DNA of 64,000 nucleotides from Meiothermus sp. (GTDB taxonomy: Bacteria; Deinococcota; Deinococci; Deinococcales; Thermaceae), in assembly GCA_033762915.1 (NCBI GenBank), contig JANRLD010000072.1, positions 1 through 64,000 on the forward strand, written 5' to 3'. Numbering within the stretch: position 1 is the stretch's first letter; every line of letters starts with the position of its first letter. Positions 18,729-28,875 of this stretch are shown piece by piece. The notes beneath the pieces were generated by a model. It was not told the DNA's origin, made no database searches, and saw nothing but the letters and a program-made list of their open reading frames with translations. A program made the translations under genes and the position numbers.

Positions 18729-21700
18729 CTAAGGCTCCCCGCCTTGCCGTGCAGCAGAGGTGGGGTCGGGCGACTGAATCGTGCTGAAAATGCGGGATTG
18801 CAGACCTTCGCGCAGCAGCTGCAGGCTTTGGCTCGAAAGGCTCAGCAGGGGCCTTAACGCGAAGTTTAGGTCGGAGCGCGGGGCAGTTACTACCGCAGTA
18901 CCGCCCCCGCTCAGGAAGTTTCCGATGTAGTCGAGATCGTCGTAGCGGCCATTGCCGTTCTCGTCGATCCACCCCTCGATGTAATAGCTTCCGCCGACCA
19001 GTCCCGAGACCGTGTACGGCGCTGAGGCGGCATTGGAAGACAGGGTGACGTACCTCGAGTTGGCCAGGATTTCGGTGGTGCCGTTCCAGAAGAAGGCGGT
19101 GATCCTGGCCCCGCTCAGGGTCTGGTTGGTGGGCGAGACCCCGACCACCAGGGTGAAGGCGGTACTGCGGCTTTGCCCTCCCCCTTCGCCCAATATGGTG
19201 AGTTCATAGGTGCCGGGCGCGGTGCTGGGGGAGGTGGTGAGTTGCAGGGCACTGCTCGAGTTCGCTGGGTTGGCCGAGAAGGCCGCCGTCACCCCACCTG
19301 GAAGCCCCTGGACGCTCAAGCTGACCTGGGTAGTGAAGCCGCCCCAGCGATCCAGGTTGACCGTCACCTGGCGGCTCCCACCGGCCCCGACCCCGAAGCC
19401 ACTGGCGAGTGGGCGAACTGCGAAGCCCGGGACTGGGGCGGCTCGAGCCGCCTGCACCGCCGCCAGGGCGTCAATCAGTCCCGCACCGCAGTCGGCTGCC
19501 GATAGGCTGGGGGGAAGGGTGCGGACGCCGCCTTGAGAGCCTTGCTCTCCGCTGCACTGGGTGGCACTAAAGGGGCGGGCGGTGCGTTTGAGGATGTCTA
19601 GGGCTTCGGCGGGGGTGAGGTCCGGACGGGCGCTTTTCATCAGCGCCAAAACCCCAGCGACGTGCGGGGCCGCCATCGAAGTGCCCTGCAAGTAGCTATA
19701 AACGGCCTCGCCCGAGTTGCCCTTCCGGGTGCTCAACACGCCGCCGCCCTGGGACTGCCCGTTGAGGCTGATCAAGATGCTTCCGCCAGGGGCCATCACA
19801 TCGGTGCGGGGGCCGAAGTTGGAGTAGTAGGCCCGCTGGGTCTCGGAATTGGACGCCCCCACGGTGACGACACCGCTGCAACTGGCTGGGGAAAAATTGG
19901 CGGTATTGGCGGTGGAATTGCCGGAAGAAACCACCACCATGGCCCCCAGATTGCGGGCTTGGTTAATGGCCTGCTGGTACAACGGGTCCCGGCGGCAACT
20001 CCTGCTCCCCCCAAGGCTCATGTTGACGATTTGCGCAGGGTTGGGGTTGGCAGGGACGCCCGATACGGTCCCTCCGGCCGCCCAGACCACTCCATCGGTG
20101 ATGTCCGCGACCGTACCCCCGTGGCGGCCAGGGCCCGGATGGGCAGGATGCGGGCCCCCCAGCTCGCCCCAGCAACCCCGGTGGCATTGTTGGTGGCAGC
20201 GGCGACCGTCCCGCTGACGTAGCTGCCGTGGAAGGTACTAGACCTCCTGCGAAAGTGGTTCAAGCATCGGCCTGAATGGTGAAAATAGAGTTCTTCAAGC
20301 CGAAATGCCGAGCCAGTCGCGGTTGTAGATGGCGGCGATGAGGCTGGCCCGCAGGCCGAAGCGCTTGCGCTTGTTACGGTAGACCTCCTTGAGGATGCGG
20401 AAGACCTTGAGCCTGCGGAGCACGTGCTCGATGACGATTCTTAGGCGGGGGATGCGACGGTTCTCCTGCTTGTCTGCCTGGCTGAGCCTAGCCTTGCGGG
20501 GTTTGCGCTTGGGGTGTTAGGCTTGGGGGTGGAGTTCCTTGATGCCCTGGTATCCACCATCGGCCAATAGATGAACTCTCAAATGGAGCACCATCTTGGC
20601 TCGTCTGTACAGGGCGAAATCGTGCTCGCGTCCTTTACCGACATGTACGCAGATGATTTGCCTGGTTCTGTGGTCTATGATCGCTTGCAGTTTCAGGGTG
20701 TGGCGTTTCTTCTTGCCGCTGTAGTAGGCCCGCTGTTTTTTTGGGGTCTTTCCATCGAGCTTTCCGCCACGTCCACCACGATCACCTCGTAGCCCCAGCC
20801 CTCACCCTCCGCCCTCAGCTTACGCTTGCCTGGCAACCTGAAGCCGTACTTGATCAGTGCCTCCTCAACCCGCTTCACCACCCGCCCGGCCGTGGTCTCG
20901 TGCACGCCCCAATCTATCCCCAGCCGGTACAAAGTCGGGTACTCCCGCAGGTACTGCAACGTCAGCAGCAACTGATCCTCCAGGCTCAGCTCCAACTCCC
21001 GACCAGTTTTTGCCTTATCCGCCTCCCGCTGTTCTAGACACCCCACCATCTGTTTGAACGTCCGCTGTTTCACCCCGGTCAGCCGCCTGAAGTCCTTCGT
21101 CTTCAGCCGCCTCAGCCAACTCCAGCTCCCTCGCTTGGTGTTTTCCACGACCTAGTCTATACTTCCCCTACTTTCGCAGGTTGTCTACACCCGTTGGGGC
21201 TGCTCTCTTCGGGATTGGGGTCGCGTCCATCGCCGTCCCCAGCCGAGGAGACACTGCTGATAAAGTCGTAACCGGGCAGCAGCTTGCCCGCAAAGTCGGG
21301 GTGGGCCGCGAAAATCCCGGTGTCCACTACCGCGACCGTGACCGGGTTGCTCGAGCCGTTCTCCAGCGACCAGGCCTGCGGAAGGTTGATGGCAGGATAG
21401 TGCCACTGCAGCGGATACTGGGGGTCGTTGGGGGTCAGCTGGGTGGGCAAGTAAACGAAGTTGGGTTGGGCGTACTCCACGTCGGGGCGGAGGTTGAGTT
21501 CGTTGATGGCCCGCAGCGTGGACTGTGGATCGGGTTCGGTACTGTATAGGCCGGCCCCCTCGAGGCCGAGGGGCCGATCAAACTGCAGCCCGACTCCGCC
21601 CGCCCACAGCGGCTCGGCCCGCTGTAGGCTGATCCCCCGGAACTTGACGATCACCTCGCCAGGCACGAAGCTGTCCAAGGGGGTTCCGCTATAGTCGAGC

Positions 21701-22755
21701 GCCGAGGCTGCCGCTGGTGGTGCGATGCTCACGGTGCCGCCCAGGGTCCCGCTGCCCACCGCGAAGTTGACGTCGGTGGACTGTCTCGAGGCGTCGATCT
21801 GGGTGGGCAGGGCGGGGTCGGGGCCGGAGAGGTCTGCGCTAAAGGCGTAGACCCGCACATCATGGGCCAGGGTGGTGTTGAACGCGGAACTGGCGCTAAG
21901 GTTGGCGCTGAAAGTGGTAATGGGATCGGGCAGGGTGGCCCGGAAAACGCCGTCGGAGCTGGTGGACACTGCGGCCCAGTACGACCGCGCCCGCTCCGCC
22001 GCCAGCCAGGTGGCGACCACCTGCGTGGTTGAGACGCTTTGCATGATCAGCTCGGAGGGCTGAGGAAGGGGCTGCACTACGGCCAGATTGAAGGTGCTGG
22101 TGTAGGTCTGGCCCTCTATGGTGGCGGTGGCGGTATAGCTACCTGCGACCGGGGGCGTGGCCCCCCTAAAGAGAAAGTCCACGCTTCGGATGCTGCTCTG
22201 CCCGGCGGCCGCGGCCGGGTAAGACAGCGTGATGGGTTGCCCGCCGTTCCAGCCGGATGGGCCGTCGAACCGCAGGGCGATGGCGGACGTGGGCAGGGTG
22301 CCGTCGGCCCTTCGAATCTTCCACACCAGCACCGTACCGGGGGTGGCAGAGCCCAGGTTGTACACCCCACCTCTGGCCTCTACCCTGAAGGCCGGAACCA
22401 CCGTGAGGGCCACCGGAGCAGTCTGCGACCCAGCCCGAACGGTAAGGTTATAGGTCTGGGGGGCCACGCCTTGGGCCACGTTCAGGGTCAGCACGCTGCC
22501 CGGATTGGTGTTGCTTATGCTGGCCGGGGCAAAGCTCCCCGTCACCCCGCTTAGGCCAGCGGGAAGCTCGAGGCTGAGCGGAACCGAGCCACTGCCCGAG
22601 ACGAAGTTGGCGGTCACGCTCACCGAGCCGGTGGTACCCGTAACCACGCTCAGGTTGCCTGCCGAGACGGTATAGCTGAGGGTCGCAGCGCCGGGGCCGC
22701 ATGCCCCGAAGACCAAAGCCAAGAATACCCAAGCCGCCGATTTCCAATGCACCAT
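18729..22755 (-). pseudogene. S8 serine peptidase lipoprotein, paralog 3, interrupted by an IS5-family element and a 1-nt frameshift near 20128
   Basis: The N part (lipobox VFGAC, VVDTG) runs to 21186. FHGSYVSG resumes at 20240, and GTSMAAP lies in ORF 18729..20090. Removing the IS plus one TA restores ...SPNGCSTFHG in frame. Adding one base restores IRALGRHGGTVADITDGVVW. Confidence 0.9.
20241..21185 (-). mobile_element. IS5-family (ISL2-like) insertion sequence with an inactivated transposase
   Basis: TIRs GACCTCCTGCGAAAGT and GACAACCTGCGAAAGT (14/16). TA duplicated at 20239-40 and 21186-87. OrfA is 20693..21148 (FRRLTGV HTH), with an A_AAA_AAC slip site. OrfB (YSGKKKRHTLK, LADGGYQG, RIVIEH) has a premature TAA at 20517-20519. 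Confidence 0.9.
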
Positions 22756-22874
22756 ACCCACCCCCGTGAACCCAGCCGCCCGCGGCGGGAGGTGGGTTAT
22801 TTCTGATGGAACGGCTTCAAAATATCACGGGAAGCTCGAGTCTGTCAGCCTTTAGGTACGGCTAGTCCCTCGGT

Positions 22875-23501
22875 CTACTTCGTCCCGTAGATGCGGTCGC
22901 CCGCGTCGCCCAGCCCCGGCACGATGTAGCCGTGGTCGTTGAGGTGGGAATCCACCGCCGCCACCACAATCTCCACGTCGGGGTGGACTTCCTGCACCCG
23001 CTTGATACCTTCCGGCGCGGCGATGATGCTCATCAGCTTGATGTGGTGTGCGCCCTTGGCCTTGAGAATGCTCAGGGCGTGGATCGCGCTGCCCGCCGTG
23101 GCCAGCATGGGGTCAGTGAGGAAGACCCGGCGTTCGGCGATGTCGGGCGGAAGTTTGTTGTAGTACTCGACCGGTTGAAGGGTCTGTGGGTCGCGGTAGA
23201 GGCCGATGTGGCCCACCTTAGCGGCGGGCACCAGGCGCAGAATGCCGTCCACCATAATCAGCCCGGCCCGCAGGATCGCCACGATTGCCAGCTTCTTGCC
23301 CGAGAGCATGTGGGCGGTGGTGGCCTGCACCGGGGTCTCGATGTCGACGGGGGAGAGCTCGAGGTCGCGCATGGCCTCGTAAGCCATCAGCATCGTGACT
23401 TCCTCCATCAGTTCACGGAACTCCTTGTTGCCCGTATTCTTGTCCCGAATGATCGCCAGCTTGTGCTGCACCAGCGGGTGGTTGACCACGGTCACGTTCA
23501 T
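22875..23501 (-). CDS. upp: Uracil phosphoribosyltransferase
   Basis: [22 protein letters not shown] and [12 protein letters not shown] motifs. Confidence 0.97.
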   Translation of the reverse strand: MNVTVVNHPLVQHKLAIIRDKNTGNKEFRELMEEVTMLMAYEAMRDLELSPVDIETPVQATTAHMLSGKKLAIVAILRAGLIMVDGILRLVPAAKVGHIGLYRDPQTLQPVEYYNKLPPDIAERRVFLTDPMLATAGSAIHALSILKAKGAHHIKLMSIIAAPEGIKRVQEVHPDVEIVVAAVDSHLNDHGYIVPGLGDAGDRIYGTK

Positions 23502-23715
23502 GAGCGAATCGTACCGCGACTGGCAAGCCGTGGGCAATGTGTGGCTTTTGCGCAATCGGGTGAAACCGACGCCACGGATACCCAAAGTTGTCTGACCTGC
23601 GCCACACTTGGATGCTAATCGAGATTGGATTCAAAGTTTTGCGAGCCTGCGATGACTCGGTCAGCAGAGCGAGGAACCCGGTGGAATAGGTCGACCGGTC
23701 CCCCTTTTTGTCGCG

Positions 23716-23810
23716 CTAATGGCGTTTTCCACCCTTACCTCCCTCGAGGCGGCAGGTAATGTACTCCCTACAGCGTTGCTGTAAGGAGCATACGTGGGAA
23801 CCGCTCTAGG
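23716..23810. repeat. MITE/REP-like palindromic element, copy 3
   Basis: GCGTTTTCCACCCTTACCTCCCTCGAGGCGGCAGGTAATGTACTCCCTACAGCGTTGCTGTAAGGAGCATACGTGGGAACCGCTCTAG; same orientation as copy 1. Confidence 0.8.
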
Positions 23811-23823
23811 TCTCGGCGTGGGA

Positions 23824-25839
23824 CTAGGGCTGGTCTTCAAGCCGCCAGACCTGCCCCCCGAACATGCTGATCACGTACAGCTCTCCGGCGCTGTCTTCCC
23901 CGAACGAGGCCAGCCCGGAGACGCCGCTCAGCTCGGTTCGCCGGGTCCAGCTCGAGCCGCTCTGGCGAAGACTCCAGAGGTTGCCGGAGCCGAAATCGCC
24001 AAAGAAGTAGCGGCCTTGCATTCGAGGGAAGCGGCTGCCCCGGTAGACGTACCCCCCAGTGACGGAGTAGCCATCGCCCCGACCGTAGTCGAAAACCGGC
24101 AGGGTTAGGCCGCTGCGGTTGCAGGTCGACGAGCCATAACAGTTGTTGCCCTCCATGACCTTCCAGCCGTAGTTGAGGCCGCGCCCGCCGCCGGGGCCAA
24201 GGTTGATCTCCTCCCTCGAGTCTTGCCCGACATCCCCCAGCCACAGGTCGCCCGTTTGCCGGTCGAAGCTGGCTCGCCAGGGGTTGCGCAGCCCCGAGGC
24301 CCAGACCTCCGTGACCCGCCCACCCAGGCTGGGATTGTCTGAGGGAATGCTATAGCTACCGCTTCCCGTGCCGTTCACATCAATCCGCAGCATCTTGCCC
24401 AGAAGGCTGCCAGGGTTTTGGGCACGGTTGCCGGGGTCGCCTCCCGCGCCGCCATCGCCGGTGGCGATGTACAGCATGCCGTCGCGTCCGAAACCGATCC
24501 AGCCGCCGTTGTGGTTGTCGTAGGGCTGGTCTATGATCAGCACAACGCGCTCGGAACTGCCGGCGGCAGTTTTGGCACTGCGGTCGGCGGTATAGCGGGC
24601 GATCACGGTGTCGCCGGCGGTGTTGGTGTAGTTGACGAATAAGTGAGCGTTTTGGGCGTAGTTGGGGTGAAAGGCCAGACCCAGAAGACCTTGCTCGCTG
24701 CCGGTGGAGACCCTGGAGGCGATGTCGAGGAAGGGGGCCTGGCGCAGTTGGCCGTTCTCGACTAGGCGAATCTGCCCGCTCTTCTGTACGACATAAAGGT
24801 CGGGGTCGCCCCCGTGGGTCAGATAGAGGGGCTGGTTAAGCCCGCTTGCTACCAGTACCCGCCGTAGGTTGGGATCGCCGGTGGGGGGTGGGCTGGAGGA
24901 GGGGGTGGTGACGGTGCGCTCGAGGCCACTGCTGAAGCTTGCCCCCACCACGGCGCGGATGCGATAGGTATAGGCGGTGCCGGTCGCCAACCCGGTGTCA
25001 CTGTAGGTTACGGCGGTGAGGTTGTCGCCCCCTATTGGGGCAAACGCGCCGCTGCCGGTTCTGCGCTCGAGGCTGTATCGGGTCGCCCCGCCCACCGCGC
25101 CCCAGACTAGGTTTACCGAGGTGGGGGAGGTCGCGGTCGCGGTGAAGCTCGAGGGGTTACTGACAGGGGAGGCGGGGGTGGTGAGGGCTACTGACTCCCT
25201 GGGGCTGCTGCTGCCCTGGGCGTTGACCGCTGAGACCCGGTAGGTATAGCTGGTGGAGGGGCTTAGTGCGGTGTCGGTGTAGCTGGTGGCGGTGAGGTTG
25301 TTACCCCCGATCGCGGCGTAAGCGCCACTTCCGGTCTTGCGCTCGAGGGCGTAGCGTGTGGCCCCGCTGACGGCCGACCAAGTGAGGTTAATGCTGGTCG
25401 ATGAGGCCACGGTAGCGGTGAGCTGGGCGGGTGTTGCCGGGATGGTGCCCGGGGCCGGGGGCGTGGCGGCGGGTGTGGTGACCTCTCGCTCGAGGCCGCT
25501 GCTGCTCCCCTCAGCGTTGACGGCTTTGAGGCGGTAAGTGTAAGCCGTGTTTGGGGTCAGACCCGCGTCGGTGTAACTGGTGACGGTGAGGCTGCCGCCC
25601 CCAACCGCAGCGTACGCGCCGCCGCCAGTTTTGCGCTCGAGGGTGTAGCGCGTTGCCCCCTCCACCGCGCTCCAGCTCAGGTTTACGCTGGTGGGTGAGG
25701 CGGCGGCTGCGTTGAATGCGGCGGGGTTGGCGGGGGCGCCGCTGGGACCTGGGTTGACCGGGCCGGGTGGGGAGCTCGAGCCTCGGTTACAGGCCGAGAG
25801 CAGGCCGAGTAAGGCTAGGGCGATCAGAACATGGCGCAT
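23824..25839 (-). CDS. Lipoprotein with three fibronectin type III repeats and a PQQ-dependent glucose/sorbosone dehydrogenase domain
   Basis: Lipobox LLSAC. Three repeats of LxWxAVxGATRYxLERxTG...YxDxxL...YTYR. GSDH motifs NHNGG, GDGG, GLRNPWR and LNYGW. Confidence 0.9.
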   Translation of the reverse strand: MRHVLIALALLGLLSACNRGSSSPPGPVNPGPSGAPANPAAFNAAAASPTSVNLSWSAVEGATRYTLERKTGGGAYAAVGGGSLTVTSYTDAGLTPNTAYTYRLKAVNAEGSSSGLEREVTTPAATPPAPGTIPATPAQLTATVASSTSINLTWSAVSGATRYALERKTGSGAYAAIGGNNLTATSYTDTALSPSTSYTYRVSAVNAQGSSSPRESVALTTPASPVSNPSSFTATATSPTSVNLVWGAVGGATRYSLERRTGSGAFAPIGGDNLTAVTYSDTGLATGTAYTYRIRAVVGASFSSGLERTVTTPSSSPPPTGDPNLRRVLVASGLNQPLYLTHGGDPDLYVVQKSGQIRLVENGQLRQAPFLDIASRVSTGSEQGLLGLAFHPNYAQNAHLFVNYTNTAGDTVIARYTADRSAKTAAGSSERVVLIIDQPYDNHNGGWIGFGRDGMLYIATGDGGAGGDPGNRAQNPGSLLGKMLRIDVNGTGSGSYSIPSDNPSLGGRVTEVWASGLRNPWRASFDRQTGDLWLGDVGQDSREEINLGPGGGRGLNYGWKVMEGNNCYGSSTCNRSGLTLPVFDYGRGDGYSVTGGYVYRGSRFPRMQGRYFFGDFGSGNLWSLRQSGSSWTRRTELSGVSGLASFGEDSAGELYVISMFGGQVWRLEDQP

Positions 25840-26210
25840 AGGGCCTCCTTGTCCGGGTCAGCCTATGCAACCCCTTTGAGAGCGCTGAGCCGCTTTGCAT
25901 TAAGTCACTTTTCAGCCAAATCGCCCAGTATGAGTCGCGGCTTTAGACACCTTAATGACGCTCCCATGGTCTTGTTCCTGGCAGCCTTCCGCTGTGCTGG
26001 CCCAGGTGCAAACGGCTGGCTGTTGTTCCTAGTCCCTGCAACTTGCGGTATGGGCGTGCCCTGCTTCCCTCAATTGAGTTAGAGAGTTGTTTTTACCCAA
26101 TGGGCAACTCTCTTCAACAATCTGGGCACAACAGTTCAGTTCGACTCTATACACCTACTACCCAAGTTTCGTTTCGCGACCCTCGAGATTTCCAACTGTA
26201 AAGGTGCGCT

Positions 26211-26867
26211 TTAGTCCCGAATATTCCCGGCCTGTTCCAAATACCGCTTCACCCGAATGAGGTGCGCGACCATGTTGGCCCGGGCATCGGGGTAGGCCTC
26301 GGGGGCGTGCTGTTGCAGGTGGATCAGGTAGTTGGGCTGGGGAATGCCCATCACAACGGGCCGAAACCCGCTCTCACCAACGATCTTCAGGTAAGGAGAC
26401 TCAGTGGGCCAGGGCAGCCACTGCCCGGCCGACTGCGTGATCTTGAACCCCTTGCCCAGGAAGTGCTGTGCGGTGGGGCCGCCCAGGCAGACCAGCGCTT
26501 TGGGTGCGATCAGCTCGAGTTCGACCTTCAGTACCTTACTCCAGGCCTTAATCTCGCCCGCGCCGGGTGTCCGGTTCACGCGCCCACTGGTCTCCTGCTT
26601 CCAGGTCCAGACCTTGACCAGATTGGTGATGTACACTTCGTGCCGCTGCAGCCCGGCTTCGGCCAGGAGCTGGTTCAGCAGTTCGCCCGCAGGGCCGCTG
26701 TAGGGTCGGCCTGTTTCGTTGTCGGTGCTGCCCGGCGCGTGCCCGACCAGTACCACCGGGCTGTTGGGGTCGCCCTCACCGGGTACGATCTGAGTCACCC
26801 CTTCGGGCAGGGGAAGGGAGAACAGTTCGGAGTTAAGCTGGACCAGCGCAGCCTCGCGGTTCACCAC
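26211..26867 (-). CDS. Atypical uracil-DNA glycosylase superfamily protein (family 4/UdgX-like) lacking Fe-S ligands and canonical catalytic residues
   Basis: VPGEG.P..LVGHAPG...GRPYSGPAG.LL, YITNLVK and LG..AQHFLG..FKITQ give the UDG4 fold. Motif A is GHAPG and motif B is QPNY. The start codon is uncertain. Confidence 0.82.
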   Translation of the reverse strand: MVNREAALVQLNSELFSLPLPEGVTQIVPGEGDPNSPVVLVGHAPGSTDNETGRPYSGPAGELLNQLLAEAGLQRHEVYITNLVKVWTWKQETSGRVNRTPGAGEIKAWSKVLKVELELIAPKALVCLGGPTAQHFLGKGFKITQSAGQWLPWPTESPYLKIVGESGFRPVVMGIPQPNYLIHLQQHAPEAYPDARANMVAHLIRVKRYLEQAGNIRD

Positions 26868-27184
26868 CGGATTAAACGTTAAGGGGCCGGACCAGAGGGT
26901 GAGGACAGAAGGAATTGTCCCGCAGTCCTCGGTCCTCCGACGGCGCCGACGAGTTTTTTGGCCTTGACCACAGCTGCCGTGAGTGCATAGCGATGTCTCG
27001 TCCAGAAGGTTAGATGTTCAGGCCGCAGGAGTTCTTAATCTCGAGACCCATACAGCGACCGCCGGAATGCTACCAGGGCGGGAATACTCCGGCACAGAGC
27101 TGTTTGATGAAACCTTGACCCTGTTCGGCGGCTCTAGACCTCGAGTGCCAGGGGTGATGGCCACAAGGGTGTTAAGCTATGCCC

Positions 27185-27802
27185 ATGTCCGCGATGCCCG
27201 CGCAAATTCATGTCGGAGACGTTCGCCTCGAGCACCAGATGGCATTCTTGCTCGAGATAGACAAGCTCAAACTGGTCCAGCGAAAAAACTGGGTGGGCGA
27301 CGGCTCAAGGCGCGAAAATACCGCCGAACATTCTTGGCACATCGCGGTGATGGCGCTGGTGTTGGCCGAGTACGCCGAGGGGCCGTTGGACCTGGGCCGG
27401 GTGGTAGAGCTGCTGCTGGTACACGATCTGGTCGAGATTCATGCCGGCGACACTTTCCTTTACGACACGCAGGCCAATCAGGGCAAACAGGGGCGCGAAC
27501 AGCTTGCCGCCCATCTGCTCTTCTCGATGCTGCCCGAGCCCCAGGCCGTACAGTTTCGGGCCCGGTGGGACGAATTCGAGTCCAAGGCCACCCTGGAGGC
27601 CCGCTTTGCCGCCGCCATCGATGCCTTTCAGCCCATGCTCCAAAACTGGGCCGTGCAAGGCGGGAGTTGGCGCGAGAACGGCGTGACGGGGGGCATGGCC
27701 TTGGAGCGCAAGCGCGAAGACCTCGAGGGCTTCCCTCGCCTCTGGGACTATGCCCAGCGCATCGTAGCGGGGGCCGTTGAAGCAGGCTATATCGAGCCCT
27801 AA
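27185..27802 (+). CDS. HD-domain protein (HDDC2/YfbR-like nucleotidase)
   Basis: RRENTAEHSWH, LLLVHDLVEI and AGDT motifs. Confidence 0.9.
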   Translation: MSAMPAQIHVGDVRLEHQMAFLLEIDKLKLVQRKNWVGDGSRRENTAEHSWHIAVMALVLAEYAEGPLDLGRVVELLLVHDLVEIHAGDTFLYDTQANQGKQGREQLAAHLLFSMLPEPQAVQFRARWDEFESKATLEARFAAAIDAFQPMLQNWAVQGGSWRENGVTGGMALERKREDLEGFPRLWDYAQRIVAGAVEAGYIEP

Positions 27803-27894
27803 AGATCGCAACCCTTAAAGAGTACCCACCCTCAAGTCTCTTGGCCTAGGGCTCAGAGCTTACGGCTGAACGCCGACCGCGGTAAGATTCCACC

Positions 27895-28314
27895 ATGCCC
27901 AAAGTCTTAGCGCTCATTGCGCACGACGGCAAGAAGACCGACATGGTGGCCTTCGCGATCCAGCACAAGGCCGATCTGGCAAAGTACCCACTCATTGCCA
28001 CTGGAACTACCGGCAGGCTGCTCATCGAGAAGGCCGGACTGAGTGTGGAGCGCTTCCTGTCTGGCCCTAAGGGCGGCGACCAACAGATCGGGGCCAAGAT
28101 CGCCCAGGACGAGGTGCTGGCAGTAATCTTTCTGCGCGACCCCCTGACCGCCCAGCCCCACGAGCCCGACGTCCAGGCCCTGATGCGGGTCTGCGACGTG
28201 CACAACGTCCCCCTGGCGACCAACCTGGCCGCCGCCGAGGCCATTCTGGCCTGGCTGCAGAGTGCACTTTCGGCCGACGACCAGCAGCGTCGGAGTCCAG
28301 ATTCTGGGCGCTAG
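27895..28314 (+). CDS. mgsA: Methylglyoxal synthase
   Basis: [25 protein letters not shown] and HEPDV motifs. Confidence 0.96.
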   Translation: MPKVLALIAHDGKKTDMVAFAIQHKADLAKYPLIATGTTGRLLIEKAGLSVERFLSGPKGGDQQIGAKIAQDEVLAVIFLRDPLTAQPHEPDVQALMRVCDVHNVPLATNLAAAEAILAWLQSALSADDQQRRSPDSGR

Positions 28315-28443
28315 GGCCGCAGGGGCGTGCTGAAGGGTCGCAGGGGTGTGAGGAGCCGCAGTGGGGATGTAAGTCGGAGTGGTTCTTTCCAAACGTGTCC
28401 GAAGTCGGTTTTACAAGAAACCTGAGTGTGATAATATCAACCC

Positions 28444-28668
28444 ATGACGCCGCTCGAGTGGATCAAGCAGATGTTGGAGGCCAACCGGGAGGGGCTCCGT
28501 CAGATGCCATTCCCCCCAGGCATGGCCGAATACGTGGACGAGCTGGTGAAGTCGGGCCAGACCCAGGAAATCATTGACATGATGAAACTGGGGTTCCTAA
28601 TGGGCATCCAGCAGGGTGCCCGGTCCGACGAAACCCCCGCACCACAGCCCAGCCGCATCCAGGCCTGA
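28444..28668 (+). CDS. Small protein resembling Deinococcus DdrH
   Basis: 74 aa. The pattern EW...L..MP.P.G..E....L...G.......MKL...G.Q.G recalls DdrH from memory; not verified by search. Confidence 0.6.
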   Translation: MTPLEWIKQMLEANREGLRQMPFPPGMAEYVDELVKSGQTQEIIDMMKLGFLMGIQQGARSDETPAPQPSRIQA

Positions 28669-28699
28669 GGGCGGGCGACACGCCGAAAAGTTATGCCAT

Positions 28700-28732
28700 A
28701 AAACCGACCGTGTTCAAGCGGTCGGTTTTTTT
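28700..28732. terminator. Bidirectional intrinsic terminator
   Basis: AAAACCGACCG-TGTTCAAG-CGGTCGGTTTTTTT between convergent genes. Confidence 0.85.
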
Positions 28733-28875
28733 GTCTGTCCATTCAGTCCTGCCTGCGCCGCCGCCCTTACCGTGTCTCAACAGTTGAATGCGACAAGCCT
28801 TTTATCTCCTACGAGTAATTGCGCCAGGTACACATTTTCCGTATCTCACGATCCCACACTTCTAACTTGGTGCCT

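Noticed and set aside
24900..25740. Tandem DNA repeats as a possible CRISPR or VNTR
   Set aside because: They are three degenerate in-frame FN3 domain repeats within one CDS, with no constant repeat-spacer structure.
26880..27170. Hidden gene or lost N-terminus upstream of the atypical UDG
   Set aside because: The minus-strand frames contain stops and no convincing CxxC segment could be joined to the ORF.
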